From Candidatus Poseidoniales archaeon (GTDB taxonomy: Archaea; Thermoplasmatota; Poseidoniia; MGIII; CG-Epi1): a stretch of 64,000 nt of DNA. The notes under the pieces are model-generated. The model did no database searches, was not told the DNA's origin, and worked only from the letters and a program-made list of their open reading frames with translations. Shown one piece after another: positions 45,236 through 55,275 of the stretch. Made by a program: the position numbers and the translations under genes. The stretch spans positions 2,680 to 66,679 of the forward strand of contig JBJLCC010000011.1 in assembly GCA_045567855.1 (NCBI GenBank), in the 5' to 3' direction. The first letter of the stretch is position 1; every line of letters begins with the position of its first letter.

Positions 45236-47924
45236 TCAGTACCGCTTGTGCAGCAGCTAATCTAGCGATTGGAACTCTGAAAGGTGAGCATGAAACATAA
45301 TCCATTCCAACTCCATGGCAAAAGTGAACTGACTTTGGCTCTCCACCATGTTCGCCACAGATTCCAACTTTAAGATCAGGTTTTGTTCTACGGCCTCTTT
45401 CAATACCCATTTTAACTAATTCACAAACACCTTCATCTAGACTTGCAAAAGGATCCTCTGGTAATAATTCATTTTCTAAATATGCTGGCATAAATCCGCC
45501 CGTATCATCACGACTAAATCCAAAAGCCATTTGCGTCAAATCATTAGTTCCAAATGAAAAGAATTCTGCAGTTTCGGCTATTCGGTCAGCTACGAAACTT
45601 GCTCTTGGAATTTCCATCATTGTTCCAACCATGTAATTATCCAATCCTTCAATGTTACTTGCTACATTTCTAACTATTTTCTCCTGGTGATTATATTCAG
45701 TTTCCATTCCTGTCAGGGGAATCATAATTTCAGGGAAAGTTTTTACATTTTCATCTGAAAGTTCAGCTGCAGCTTCTAAAATAGCTCTGGCTTGCATTTC
45801 TGTTATCTCAGGATGTGTTATTCCTAACCTTACACCTCTGTGCCCCATCATTGGATTTGATTCTTTGAGTGTATCAGATCTTCGTTCCAATTCTTCAGCA
45901 TTGATTCCCAATGCTTCAGCAAGCTTTTTCTGCCTTTTAATATCGTGAGGAATAAACTCATGCAATGGCGGATCCATTAGTCTAATAGTAACAGGAAGGC
46001 CTTGCATTGCTCTTAAAGTTTCTTTGATATCGTTTTTCATGTAAGGGAATAATGAATCTAAAGCCGTTTTCCTTTCATCTTGGCTATTAGCCATTATCAT
46101 TTCTTGAAGATGGAAAAGTGGATCTTCAGATCCTTCACCGTAGAACATGTGTTCTATTCTGAAAAGTCCAATTCCTTCAGCTCCAAAGCCTAATGCTCTT
46201 TTTGCATCTGATGGAGTTTCTGCATTTGTCCTCACTTTTAGCCTTCTAACTTTGTCACAAAGCTCTAAGAAATGCGTCAAATAATCACTCGTAATATCAG
46301 TTTCAATCAGAGGTAGTTCATCTTTATAGACTTTTCCAGCAGTTCCATTTAGTGTAATTTCTTCACCTTCATTCACAGTTACCTCCCCGACAGTAAATTT
46401 CTTTTTAATTGAGTCCACTTTCATCTCACCGGCACCAACAACACAACACATTCCCCAACCTCTTGCAACTAAAGCTGCATGTGAAGTCATTCCTCCACGA
46501 GAAGTCAATATTGCTACAGAAGCTCGCATTCCTTCAACATCTTCAGGATTAGTTTCTTCTCTAACTAGTACCACTTTTTCGCCCTTTGCTGCCCAATCCA
46601 CAGCATCTTGAGCTGTAAAAACAGCTTTTCCAGTTGCGCCTCCTGGGCCTGCAGGCAAACCTTTTGCCAAAATTGGAGTAATTTTTTCTACATCTGGATC
46701 AACAATGGGGTGGAGTAATTCATCCAATTGTGACGGTGTAACTCTTCCAATTGCAGTATTTCCATCTATCCTATTTTCTTTTACCATTTCAGAAGCCATA
46801 CGAATAGCAGCAGGACCGTTACGTTTTCCAATTCGGCACTGAAGCATCCAAAGTTTTCCTGTTTGGATAGTAAATTCAATGTCCATCATATCGCTGTAGT
46901 GGTCTTCAAGGTTTAGTCTAATTGTGTTCAACTCATCATATAAATGAGGCACAGCCTGCTCTAGGCTTGGTAAATCTCCACTATGCTCAGTTCGACATAT
47001 TTCATTTAATGGATTTGGAGTTCTAATCCCAGCAACAACGTCTTCACCTTGAGCTTTAGATAGCCATTCTCCGTAAAAATTATTTTCGCCAGTTGCAGGA
47101 TTTCTAGTAAATGCAACACCTGTGGCACTATCTTCTCCTAGGTTTCCATATACCATTGCTTGAACGTTTACAGCAGTTCCCCATTCTTCGGGAATATTCT
47201 CAATTTTTCTGTAAGCCTTTGCTCTTTTTCCATCCCAAGAGTAGAATACTGCAGACACAGCACCCCATAGTTGTTCCCATGGATTTTCAGGAAATGGTTT
47301 TTTGAGTACTTCCAACACTTTTCCTTTGTAAATTTCTACTAAATCTTTCAAATTAGATGCAGATAAATCAGTATCTTCAGTTACGCCTTGTTGTTCTTTC
47401 ATTTTTTCCAATTCATGTTCTAATTGGTTACGAATCCCCATTCCTTCCTCAGGTTCAATGCCTGAAGCTTTCTCCATTACAACGTCAGAATACATTTGAA
47501 TTAATCTTCTCTGAGCATCGTATACAAATCTTGGGTCTCCACTTTGAGCAATAAGTCCTTCTCGTGTAACATCGTTTAATCCTACGTTGAGAACAGTTTC
47601 CATCATACCTGGCATTGATGTTCTAGCTCCAGATCTTACAGATAGGAGTAAAGGATTTTCAGAATCTCCAAAAATAGTCCCTACATTATTTTCAACATCT
47701 TTCAACGCATTTTTTAGCTGACCGTCGAGTTCCTCTGGATAGGTTTGATTATTTTCATTATAGAAAGTACATACTTCAGTAGTAATAGTACAACCAGGAG
47801 GTACAGGTATTTTCAAGAGAGCCATTTCAGCTAAATTAGCCCCTTTTCCACCTAACAAATTTTTCATGTCAGCTTTGCCATCGGTCATGTTTGGACCGAA
47901 GCGATAAACGTGCATTTCGCTCAT
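45225..47924 (-). CDS. ppdK: pyruvate, phosphate dikinase
   Basis: GGMTSHAALVARGWG phosphohistidine motif and GICGEHGG in the PEP-utilising C-terminal domain. Length is 899 aa. Confidence 0.95.
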   Translation of the reverse strand: MSEMHVYRFGPNMTDGKADMKNLLGGKGANLAEMALLKIPVPPGCTITTEVCTFYNENNQTYPEELDGQLKNALKDVENNVGTIFGDSENPLLLSVRSGARTSMPGMMETVLNVGLNDVTREGLIAQSGDPRFVYDAQRRLIQMYSDVVMEKASGIEPEEGMGIRNQLEHELEKMKEQQGVTEDTDLSASNLKDLVEIYKGKVLEVLKKPFPENPWEQLWGAVSAVFYSWDGKRAKAYRKIENIPEEWGTAVNVQAMVYGNLGEDSATGVAFTRNPATGENNFYGEWLSKAQGEDVVAGIRTPNPLNEICRTEHSGDLPSLEQAVPHLYDELNTIRLNLEDHYSDMMDIEFTIQTGKLWMLQCRIGKRNGPAAIRMASEMVKENRIDGNTAIGRVTPSQLDELLHPIVDPDVEKITPILAKGLPAGPGGATGKAVFTAQDAVDWAAKGEKVVLVREETNPEDVEGMRASVAILTSRGGMTSHAALVARGWGMCCVVGAGEMKVDSIKKKFTVGEVTVNEGEEITLNGTAGKVYKDELPLIETDITSDYLTHFLELCDKVRRLKVRTNAETPSDAKRALGFGAEGIGLFRIEHMFYGEGSEDPLFHLQEMIMANSQDERKTALDSLFPYMKNDIKETLRAMQGLPVTIRLMDPPLHEFIPHDIKRQKKLAEALGINAEELERRSDTLKESNPMMGHRGVRLGITHPEITEMQARAILEAAAELSDENVKTFPEIMIPLTGMETEYNHQEKIVRNVASNIEGLDNYMVGTMMEIPRASFVADRIAETAEFFSFGTNDLTQMAFGFSRDDTGGFMPAYLENELLPEDPFASLDEGVCELVKMGIERGRRTKPDLKVGICGEHGGEPKSVHFCHGVGMDYVSCSPFRVPIARLAAAQAVLNEK

Positions 47925-47968
47925 TCTTACTCATACACTAGCGAAATAGGTATAAATTCTCTTTCTCT

Positions 47969-48394
47969 TTATTCTATAGGGTCATGAAGCTTACCAATTA
48001 GAGGCCAACCATGCCACAATAATCGTTCATCTAATTCAATTAATATTTTGTAAATCTCATCATATCCTTCAACAACATGCTCAATTAGGCATGATTTACA
48101 TTCATCACTTAGCCATTTTTCTATTAATTCTGAATTTCCAACTTCCATTATCTTTGCCATTTCGCTCATCTCCTGAAGCCTAATTTGCAAATGATTAAGA
48201 AAAATTTCAGAATTTTTTAAAGCCATAGTCAGGTGTAGAAATCTTAAATTTTCATCCTCAACAATTTCAATAATATTCTTATCTTTAGGTGCACCTTCTG
48301 CAACTAACATTCCAAGTAACTTTTTTTCACCAAATATTTCTTTTGCAGCGGCCAGTAAAAATTGCAAACTTTCCTTTTTTTTTTCTTTATTCAT
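47969..48394 (-). CDS. hypothetical protein (141 aa, helical)
   Basis: The ORF overlaps the upstream P-loop gene by 8 nt. No motif recognised. Confidence 0.45.
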   Translation of the reverse strand: MNKEKKKESLQFLLAAAKEIFGEKKLLGMLVAEGAPKDKNIIEIVEDENLRFLHLTMALKNSEIFLNHLQIRLQEMSEMAKIMEVGNSELIEKWLSDECKSCLIEHVVEGYDEIYKILIELDERLLWHGWPLIGKLHDPIE

Positions 48395-48863
48395 ATTTGT
48401 TAGTGATATAATCTACAACTGCCATAATATCATTTTTTGATGCTAGGGCAGTTTCTTCATCAATCACATCTCCCATTCCTATGCAAAATATGGTGTTGTT
48501 ACTATACACTTTCCATTCCGGAACTATTTCTTTAGTCCGGTTTAGAACAATTATTCGATTTGTATCTGGAGTATTTCTTTCTAGATAATTCCACAGTTCA
48601 ATAAAGTGTGAATCCGGTTTCTCGAGCCCATTTCCAACAACAATTTGCATGTTTGCAGCTCTGAGCCAATCTATCCAAACTTTACCTGTAGCCGTTGGTG
48701 CATCGATTTCATAAAGCATAATATTGTTTAATTCACAAGCGTGATCTAGTAACATATCTGGTACGTTATCAGGAACTACAAAATTTCCCCAAGGTTTTGG
48801 TAGGCTTCTCATGAAGGTGGACTTACCAGCCCCCATCGGTCCTGTAACCATTATGTATTTCAT
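48387..48863 (-). CDS. small P-loop NTPase (158 aa)
   Basis: The only recognisable feature is the Walker A motif VTGPMGAGKSTF at the N-terminus. 4-nt overlap with the upstream methyltransferase gene. Confidence 0.55.
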   Translation of the reverse strand: MKYIMVTGPMGAGKSTFMRSLPKPWGNFVVPDNVPDMLLDHACELNNIMLYEIDAPTATGKVWIDWLRAANMQIVVGNGLEKPDSHFIELWNYLERNTPDTNRIIVLNRTKEIVPEWKVYSNNTIFCIGMGDVIDEETALASKNDIMAVVDYITNKYE

Positions 48864-49549
48864 CTTTTACCTACCTTTATTGCTTTGAATATTCCCATTA
48901 AATTCTCATACTCGCCTTCATCAGGGTTTCCTCTTGATATCAACCTTCTTAAAGTAGTTCTAGAGCGTTCTAGCCTTCTTTCTGGGTAACTACTACTTTC
49001 CAATAAAGCCATGATTCTATCAACTAGCCTTTCAAACTCATCTTGAGAAACGGATTTCCGTTTTTTCATACTTTTAACTTTCTCTTTTCTCTTAATTTCA
49101 TAAACCACAAGCGCAACAGCATGCGATAGATTGAGTATTGGATATTCAGGATTTGTGGGGATAGTTATAGTCGCTTCACAGAGCGCTAATTCTTCTCTGT
49201 AAAGTCCATGATTTTCTCTGCCGAATAAAAGCGCAGGCTTGCCTCTATCAGCTATTATTTCGTTAATTTTTCTCACGTCCTGAGGAGCTCTAAACCATCT
49301 TTTATCTCCTTCAGGTCTTATACCGCTAGTCCCAATTGCAATATCACAATCAGCTATTGCTTCTTCAATAGTATTATATCTTTTTGATTTCTCAAGAATT
49401 GGTCTTCCGGATTTAGATCGAGCATAACTTTCATCGGCTAATTCACAACCTTTTACCATTGCCAAGTCATTCAATCCAAAATTTGCCATAGCTCTAGCTA
49501 CGGCACCTATATTTCCCGGATGCTGAGGTTCAACTAGTACAATTCTCAA
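48860..49549 (-). CDS. SpoU/TrmH-family RNA 2'-O-methyltransferase (TrmJ-like)
   Basis: IVLVEPQHPGNIGAVARAMANFG, LFGRENHGL and LNLSHAVALVVYE motifs. Confidence 0.8.
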   Translation of the reverse strand: MRIVLVEPQHPGNIGAVARAMANFGLNDLAMVKGCELADESYARSKSGRPILEKSKRYNTIEEAIADCDIAIGTSGIRPEGDKRWFRAPQDVRKINEIIADRGKPALLFGRENHGLYREELALCEATITIPTNPEYPILNLSHAVALVVYEIKRKEKVKSMKKRKSVSQDEFERLVDRIMALLESSSYPERRLERSRTTLRRLISRGNPDEGEYENLMGIFKAIKVGKR

Positions 49550-49626
49550 AGTTAGCTAAAGGAGGACTTTTAGATAGCTTACGTGCAATGAAATAATTAA
49601 TATAAGCTCGGCTTAGAGGTTATGGA

Positions 49627-50745
49627 ATGGTAGAAATTTACATTATATTGAGTTTGGTGATTGGAATAGGAGTAGGCTACGCAATTGCGAATAAAAGTAA
49701 TAATTCGAACGATGATGACATAGATTCTATAAAAAAAGAAATGGAAAATACATTCAAAGCTTTAGCTTTAGATGTTAATAAATCAAATACTGAAGAATTT
49801 TTTAAGTTGGCAAATGATAAATTTCAAGGGTTAAGTAAAGAATCAGATACCAATTTAGAGAGTAAGAAAAAACTAATTGATGAAAATTTAAATGAAATGT
49901 CTAAAAGATTGAAGTCTATAGAAGATGCCTCCATCAAGCTTAATGAAAATTTAGAATCTACTAATACTCAAACCAAAGATTTGACAAAGACAACAATCAA
50001 ATTACGTGAGATATTGTCTTCATCACAAAAGCGAGGGCAATGGGGAGAGAGAATTGTTGAAGATATCCTTAACGTTATTGGGCTTATGGAAGGTGTAAAT
50101 TATACCAAGCAAGGAGTTGTCGAATCAGGCGAACGTCCTGATTTCACATTTAAACTACCTAAAGAAAAAATAATTAACATGGATGTAAAATTTCCTTTAG
50201 CCCATTACGAGAGATATATTGATTCGGAAGATGAACAAATTCGTAATTCTGAAAAAAGTGCATTTATAAGAGACGTAAAGAAACATGTTAAAGATATAAC
50301 AAAACGTAGCTATATTGACCCTTCATCAGGGACTTTAGATTACGTACTAATGTTGGTTCCAAATGAATCAATTTATTCATTTATTAATAAGGAAGATAGC
50401 GCAGTTATCGATTTTGCTTTAGAAAATAAAGTTCTTCTTTGTTCACCCCTTACTCTTTATGCAATTCTTTCCCTGATTCATCAAGCAACAAGAAATTTTG
50501 CGATGGAGGAAAAAGCTACAGAAGTAATGAGTTTACTCAATACTTTCCGTCTTCAGTGGTCAAAATATGTAGAGGCTATGGATAAAATGGGAAGAAGAAT
50601 AGACGATGCAAAGAAAGAATTTAATAGCTTAGTTAGCACACGTACTAATCAATTACAGAAACCCCTCAACAAAATAGATGACATAACTAATTTAGTTGAC
50701 GACACAGAGCAAGTCACTAAACTAGAAGGTCAGCAGAAGTTTTAA
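49627..50745 (+). CDS. rmuC: DNA recombination protein RmuC
   Basis: N-terminal TM helix, a coiled coil, then RPDFTFKLPKEKIINMDVKFPL...MLVPNESIY, which matches the RmuC nuclease-like core. Confidence 0.8.
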   Translation: MVEIYIILSLVIGIGVGYAIANKSNNSNDDDIDSIKKEMENTFKALALDVNKSNTEEFFKLANDKFQGLSKESDTNLESKKKLIDENLNEMSKRLKSIEDASIKLNENLESTNTQTKDLTKTTIKLREILSSSQKRGQWGERIVEDILNVIGLMEGVNYTKQGVVESGERPDFTFKLPKEKIINMDVKFPLAHYERYIDSEDEQIRNSEKSAFIRDVKKHVKDITKRSYIDPSSGTLDYVLMLVPNESIYSFINKEDSAVIDFALENKVLLCSPLTLYAILSLIHQATRNFAMEEKATEVMSLLNTFRLQWSKYVEAMDKMGRRIDDAKKEFNSLVSTRTNQLQKPLNKIDDITNLVDDTEQVTKLEGQQKF

Positions 50746-52154
50746 AGATCCTTCAGAGAAGAAACTAATTCAGTCATCATTTGTTTACCATCTCCAAATA
50801 GCATCATTGTTTTATCTTCGTAGAACAGGTCATTATCTACCCCAGCATATCCAACAGATAATGATCTTTTTACCATAACGACAACTCTTGCTTTATCTGC
50901 ATCGATTATAGGCATTCCAGCTAAAGGACCCTCTCCGCTTCTTGCAGCAGGGTTAACTGTATCATTTGCACCGACAACAATTGCGACATCACATTCTCCC
51001 ATTTCGGAGTTAATGTCATCCATTTCAATCAACTTTTCATACGGAACACTTGCCTCAGCTAGTAGGACATTCATGTGTCCTGGCATTCGACCTGCAACAG
51101 GATGGATTCCATATTTTACTTCACAACCATTTGCTTCTAAAATGTCAGCAAATTCACGAACTTGGTGTTGACATTGTGATACAGCCATTCCGTACCCTGG
51201 AATAATAACACATTTAGAAATTCCATCACATACCATGGCCACTTCTTCGGGGTCAGATCCAACTTTAGTTCTAGTAACTTGTTCTTTATCAGAGCCTCCG
51301 AATGATTTGAATAATACATCAATTAATTGACGATTCATTGCTTTACACATTATATTTGTTAAAATTAAACCAGCTGCCCCTACCATAGATCCTGCAATTA
51401 TCAGAACATTATTTCCGATAATGAAGCCTGTGAATGCTGCAGCTATGCCAGATAAAGAGTTTAGCAGACTTACTACAACGGGCATATCAGCACCTCCAAT
51501 AGGAAGTACGAATAAAATTCCAAGAATAGATGATAGTGCAATAATAGCTATAACATAATCTTGATTTCCAGGTTCCTCGATAGTCATGTAGAGAAGTCCT
51601 ACGATTGAAATTAATACCAATCCTTTAACGTAATTTAGCCATTCAGGACCCCAGGTCGGAGTTCTATACCATGTTCCAAATATTTCAACTCCACCTTTTA
51701 ATTTCATCATAGCGAGCAAGCTACCCGTTAGAGTTACCCAGCCAACTAAAGCAGATAAGCCAATAGCAGTCCAAGCAACATGTAATTCTAAACCTTCAGG
51801 CAAATCATTTTCATTAATCCTCCTGAAGACTTCTGATGCAGCTACCAATGCACTTGCAGCACCTCCAAATCCATTGAACAAGGCAACCATTTCGGGCATT
51901 CCTGTCATTTGCACTCTAATCGCCATTAGATATCCAATGAATCCTCCAATGACAAGTCCAGAAATTATAAGAATAAAATTATTTATTTCACCAAAATCCA
52001 TTTGAGCTATTGTAACCACTACAGCCACAAGCATTCCCATCGCACCATACAAATTTCCGGTTGGTGCAGTTCTAGGGTGGCCTAATTTCTTTAGACCCAT
52101 TATGAAAAGTATTGAAGCTACAAGATATCCTATGTCCCAAACAGCTTCGTCCAT
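50742..52154 (-). CDS. pntB: NAD(P) transhydrogenase subunit beta
   Basis: Polytopic N-terminal half and a dIII domain with GYGMAVSQCQH and VGANDTVNPAA. Confidence 0.9.
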   Translation of the reverse strand: MDEAVWDIGYLVASILFIMGLKKLGHPRTAPTGNLYGAMGMLVAVVVTIAQMDFGEINNFILIISGLVIGGFIGYLMAIRVQMTGMPEMVALFNGFGGAASALVAASEVFRRINENDLPEGLELHVAWTAIGLSALVGWVTLTGSLLAMMKLKGGVEIFGTWYRTPTWGPEWLNYVKGLVLISIVGLLYMTIEEPGNQDYVIAIIALSSILGILFVLPIGGADMPVVVSLLNSLSGIAAAFTGFIIGNNVLIIAGSMVGAAGLILTNIMCKAMNRQLIDVLFKSFGGSDKEQVTRTKVGSDPEEVAMVCDGISKCVIIPGYGMAVSQCQHQVREFADILEANGCEVKYGIHPVAGRMPGHMNVLLAEASVPYEKLIEMDDINSEMGECDVAIVVGANDTVNPAARSGEGPLAGMPIIDADKARVVVMVKRSLSVGYAGVDNDLFYEDKTMMLFGDGKQMMTELVSSLKDL

Positions 52155-52462
52155 TACTTGCCCCCTCTTTTACCAGCAATCATGTTCAACATTCGGTTAG
52201 TAACAGCAAATCCTCCAACTACGTTAATTGTAGCTAAAATTAGTGCAAAAAATGCCAACCATGCTGCAACTCCAGGATCGCCCCCGTTGAAGTCAGTATT
52301 TGAAAAAATCAAAGCTCCAACAATTGTAATTCCAGAAATTGCATTAGCTCCTGACATTAGCGGAGTATGGAGTGTAGCAGGTACTTTTGTAATTAGTTCG
52401 AATCCTAGAAAAATAGCCAATATGAAAACCGTGATTGCACCTATAAGTGTGACTAATTCCAT
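52154..52462 (-). CDS. pntA: NAD(P) transhydrogenase subunit alpha part 2 (membrane)
   Basis: 102-aa protein with 3 TM helices, lying between the alpha-1 and beta genes with 1-nt overlaps. Confidence 0.85.
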   Translation of the reverse strand: MELVTLIGAITVFILAIFLGFELITKVPATLHTPLMSGANAISGITIVGALIFSNTDFNGGDPGVAAWLAFFALILATINVVGGFAVTNRMLNMIAGKRGGK

Positions 52463-53634
52463 TATTTCATAGCCTCCATTAGTTTAGTATGGTTTTCGTG
52501 CAACTTTCCGTCCTCAGCAATTAAAATTCCACCATAACCTGCTGAAATTCCACCTTCATCCCCGGTGAGCACTTGCTCTTCTTGGTTTATAGCTAATTTA
52601 CCTTCGTTAACTAAAACAGTTACGAAGTTGGTAACGTTATTTGAATAAAGCATTGATGCAGTATTTGGAACAGTTCTGCATAACATAGGAATTCCTACAA
52701 TTGTTACTCCATCTTTTTCAATTATTTTTCCATCTTTACTTCCAACGATATTGCCACCAGTATCTGTATTCATATCAACAATTACAGCCCCCTCTTTCAT
52801 TTCCCTTGTCATCTTATCATTATTTTCCTTACCGAAGAATAGTTTGGGTGCATTTGCACCGAATAATCTAGCAGTAGTAATTACAACATCAGCGTCCTTT
52901 ACAGCATCCATTAGAGAATTATCAAATGCTTCTTGAAGTCCCTTATCTGTAAAAAGGGAAGCATGTCCACTTGAGCTTTCAGCGTCCTTCCACCCAGGTA
53001 CATCGATAAATTTAGCGCCTAAGCTTTCAGTGTCTTGTTTAGCAGCTAATCTAACATCTATAGCTTGTACTGCGGCACCTAACCTCTTTGCAGTTGCTAT
53101 GGCTTGAAGGCCAGCTACAGCTGCCCCTTGAATTATGAATTTTGCAGGTCTTACGGTTCCAGCAGATGTCATCATCATAGGAACCATTTTCGCAATATTT
53201 TGAGACCCCATTAAAGCTGCTTTATATCCTGATAAATTGTCCTGACTTGAGTTCACATCCATTGATTGACCTTTTGATAATCTTCTTGGAATGACTTCCA
53301 GAGAGAGAAGAGTAACTCCAGAATCAATTATTTTTTTTGTTTGTTCAAGGTTTCTAAAAGGATCAGCCATGCATGCTAACATTTGACCTTTTTTCATATT
53401 CTCAAAATTCGGAACATCAATTGAAGCAACTAATTCACATTTCATTACTTCATCCAATGATTTAGTTTTTGCACCTTTTTCTTCATATTCAGCATCAGAA
53501 TATCCTGATTTCTCTCCAGCACTTTTTTCAATTACCACCTCAAAACCTAATTTCTTTAATTTAGGTATTGAAACTGGCACGATAGCTACACGAGTTTCTT
53601 TCTCGTTATTCTCTTTTGGTATTCCTATACGCAT
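52462..53634 (-). CDS. pntA: NAD(P) transhydrogenase subunit alpha part 1 (dI, AlaDH/PNT domain)
   Basis: MRIGIPKE...ETRVA N-terminus and the IIQGAAVAGLQAIATAKRLGA Rossmann motif. Confidence 0.9.
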   Translation of the reverse strand: MRIGIPKENNEKETRVAIVPVSIPKLKKLGFEVVIEKSAGEKSGYSDAEYEEKGAKTKSLDEVMKCELVASIDVPNFENMKKGQMLACMADPFRNLEQTKKIIDSGVTLLSLEVIPRRLSKGQSMDVNSSQDNLSGYKAALMGSQNIAKMVPMMMTSAGTVRPAKFIIQGAAVAGLQAIATAKRLGAAVQAIDVRLAAKQDTESLGAKFIDVPGWKDAESSSGHASLFTDKGLQEAFDNSLMDAVKDADVVITTARLFGANAPKLFFGKENNDKMTREMKEGAVIVDMNTDTGGNIVGSKDGKIIEKDGVTIVGIPMLCRTVPNTASMLYSNNVTNFVTVLVNEGKLAINQEEQVLTGDEGGISAGYGGILIAEDGKLHENHTKLMEAMK

Positions 53635-53712
53635 AATTTAGCACCGATAATTTGTGTGTTGACTAAATAGTCTGTAATGTATCCTACAAACATACTGATA
53701 AAACTTTTCCTA

Positions 53713-54882
53713 TTACTTTCCAATTTCACGAGCAATTACTAATCTCTGAACTTCTTGGGTTCCTTCGTAAATTTGAGTGATTTTTGCATCACGGAAAAAT
53801 CTTTCAACTGGGAAATCCTTTGTGTATCCATATCCACCTAAAACTTGTACAGCCCTTTCAGAAACCCACATTGCAGTATCACCTGCGCTGAGTTTCGCAA
53901 TTGAGGCTTCAAGGGTATGACGTGAAGAACCATTTTCATAATGCTCTTGCTTAGCCCATGCAGCTTTGTAAACTTGCAACCTGGCTGCATCAATTCTAAC
54001 AGCCATATCTGCCAGATAATTACTTATCGATTGATGAGCAGCAATAGGTTTTCCAAATGTTTCTCGTTCCTTTGAGTATTTTAGTGCAGCTTCATATGCT
54101 CCTTGTGCAATGCCTAGTCCTTGAGCAGCTATACCTATTCTTGAATTATCTAACGCATTCATTGCAATTGGAAACCCTTTACCTTCTTCTCCAAGTACAT
54201 TTGCTTTTGGAACTTTACATTCATTTAGAATCAACGTACATGTATCACTTGAGCGGATTCCTAGCTTGTCTTCTTTCTTTCCAATTTCAAATCCTTCAAA
54301 CCCTTTCTCAATTATAAAGCAAGTCACTCCTCCGTGACTCTTTTTTCCGTAATCAGGGTGATCGGTTACTTTAGCAAATAGAACGAAGAGATCTGCAGTA
54401 GTTCCGTTTGTAACCCACATTTTTTCACCATTCAAGGTATAGTGTTCACCATCATCTGTAGCTCTAGCTACCATTGCAGCAGCATCAGTGCCTGAACCAG
54501 CTTCGCTCAAAGAATATGCACCTAAAAATTCTCCAGAGGCTAATTTTGGTAAATATTTTTGTTTTTGCTCTTCATTTCCGCTTAATGCTATTGTCATTGA
54601 ACAAAGTCCAACATGGACAGCTATCATGACTCCTAAAGAAGGATCAACTCTTGACAATTCTTCTACAACAATTGCTTCTGAGATATCATCTAATTTTTGA
54701 CCACCATAATTCTCAGGAATGGTCATACCTGCAAATCCTAGTTCTGCGAATTTCTTAAATTCTTTAATAGGTGCAATTTGTTCTTTATCTCTCTTGTTAC
54801 AAGTAGGTCCAGCAACATTTTCAGCAAATTCACGTACCATTCCGCGAATCATTTTTTGGTCTTCGGTTTCTGCAAAATCCAT
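53713..54882 (-). CDS. acyl-CoA dehydrogenase
   Basis: YSLSEAGSGTDAA and QVLGGYGYTKDFPVERFFRDAKITQIYEGT motifs. Confidence 0.9.
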   Translation of the reverse strand: MDFAETEDQKMIRGMVREFAENVAGPTCNKRDKEQIAPIKEFKKFAELGFAGMTIPENYGGQKLDDISEAIVVEELSRVDPSLGVMIAVHVGLCSMTIALSGNEEQKQKYLPKLASGEFLGAYSLSEAGSGTDAAAMVARATDDGEHYTLNGEKMWVTNGTTADLFVLFAKVTDHPDYGKKSHGGVTCFIIEKGFEGFEIGKKEDKLGIRSSDTCTLILNECKVPKANVLGEEGKGFPIAMNALDNSRIGIAAQGLGIAQGAYEAALKYSKERETFGKPIAAHQSISNYLADMAVRIDAARLQVYKAAWAKQEHYENGSSRHTLEASIAKLSAGDTAMWVSERAVQVLGGYGYTKDFPVERFFRDAKITQIYEGTQEVQRLVIAREIGK

Positions 54883-54884
54883 TT

Positions 54885-55244
54885 TTATTCACTCATCAGT
54901 TTGATAATAGCTTCAGCAGGCTCGCCATTACATTCTTCCAAAGCCTTTTTTGCTTTTTCAGCAGAAACGCCGGCCTGTGCAGCCACTAAATCTATGTCTT
55001 CTTGGGGGATATTTGTAGTTTCCTCACTACTGCCTAGAGCGCGTTCTTCAGGCTCACCTACAATCTGATAAGACTTTTGTCCCATCATATCCATTGCACT
55101 TACAGAAGGGTTGCTAAAGTACAATTCTTTATCTTTTGTCCGTATAATTACCTCAGTAGCATCAAGTTCCTCTGTAGCACTTTGTAATTGTTTCTGCAAT
55201 TTTTTCATCATGCGGGGGTTCATACGCCCCATGCCTGGCATCAT
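54885..55244 (-). CDS. nac: nascent polypeptide-associated complex protein (NAC + UBA domains)
   Basis: NPRMMKKLQKQL...EVIIRTKDKELYF...YQIVGE NAC domain and a C-terminal UBA-like VSAEKAKKALEECNGEPAEAI. Confidence 0.85.
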   Translation of the reverse strand: MMPGMGRMNPRMMKKLQKQLQSATEELDATEVIIRTKDKELYFSNPSVSAMDMMGQKSYQIVGEPEERALGSSEETTNIPQEDIDLVAAQAGVSAEKAKKALEECNGEPAEAIIKLMSE

Positions 55245-55275
55245 ACGGTGGTTACACCCTCCCCTCTAAAAGAAT

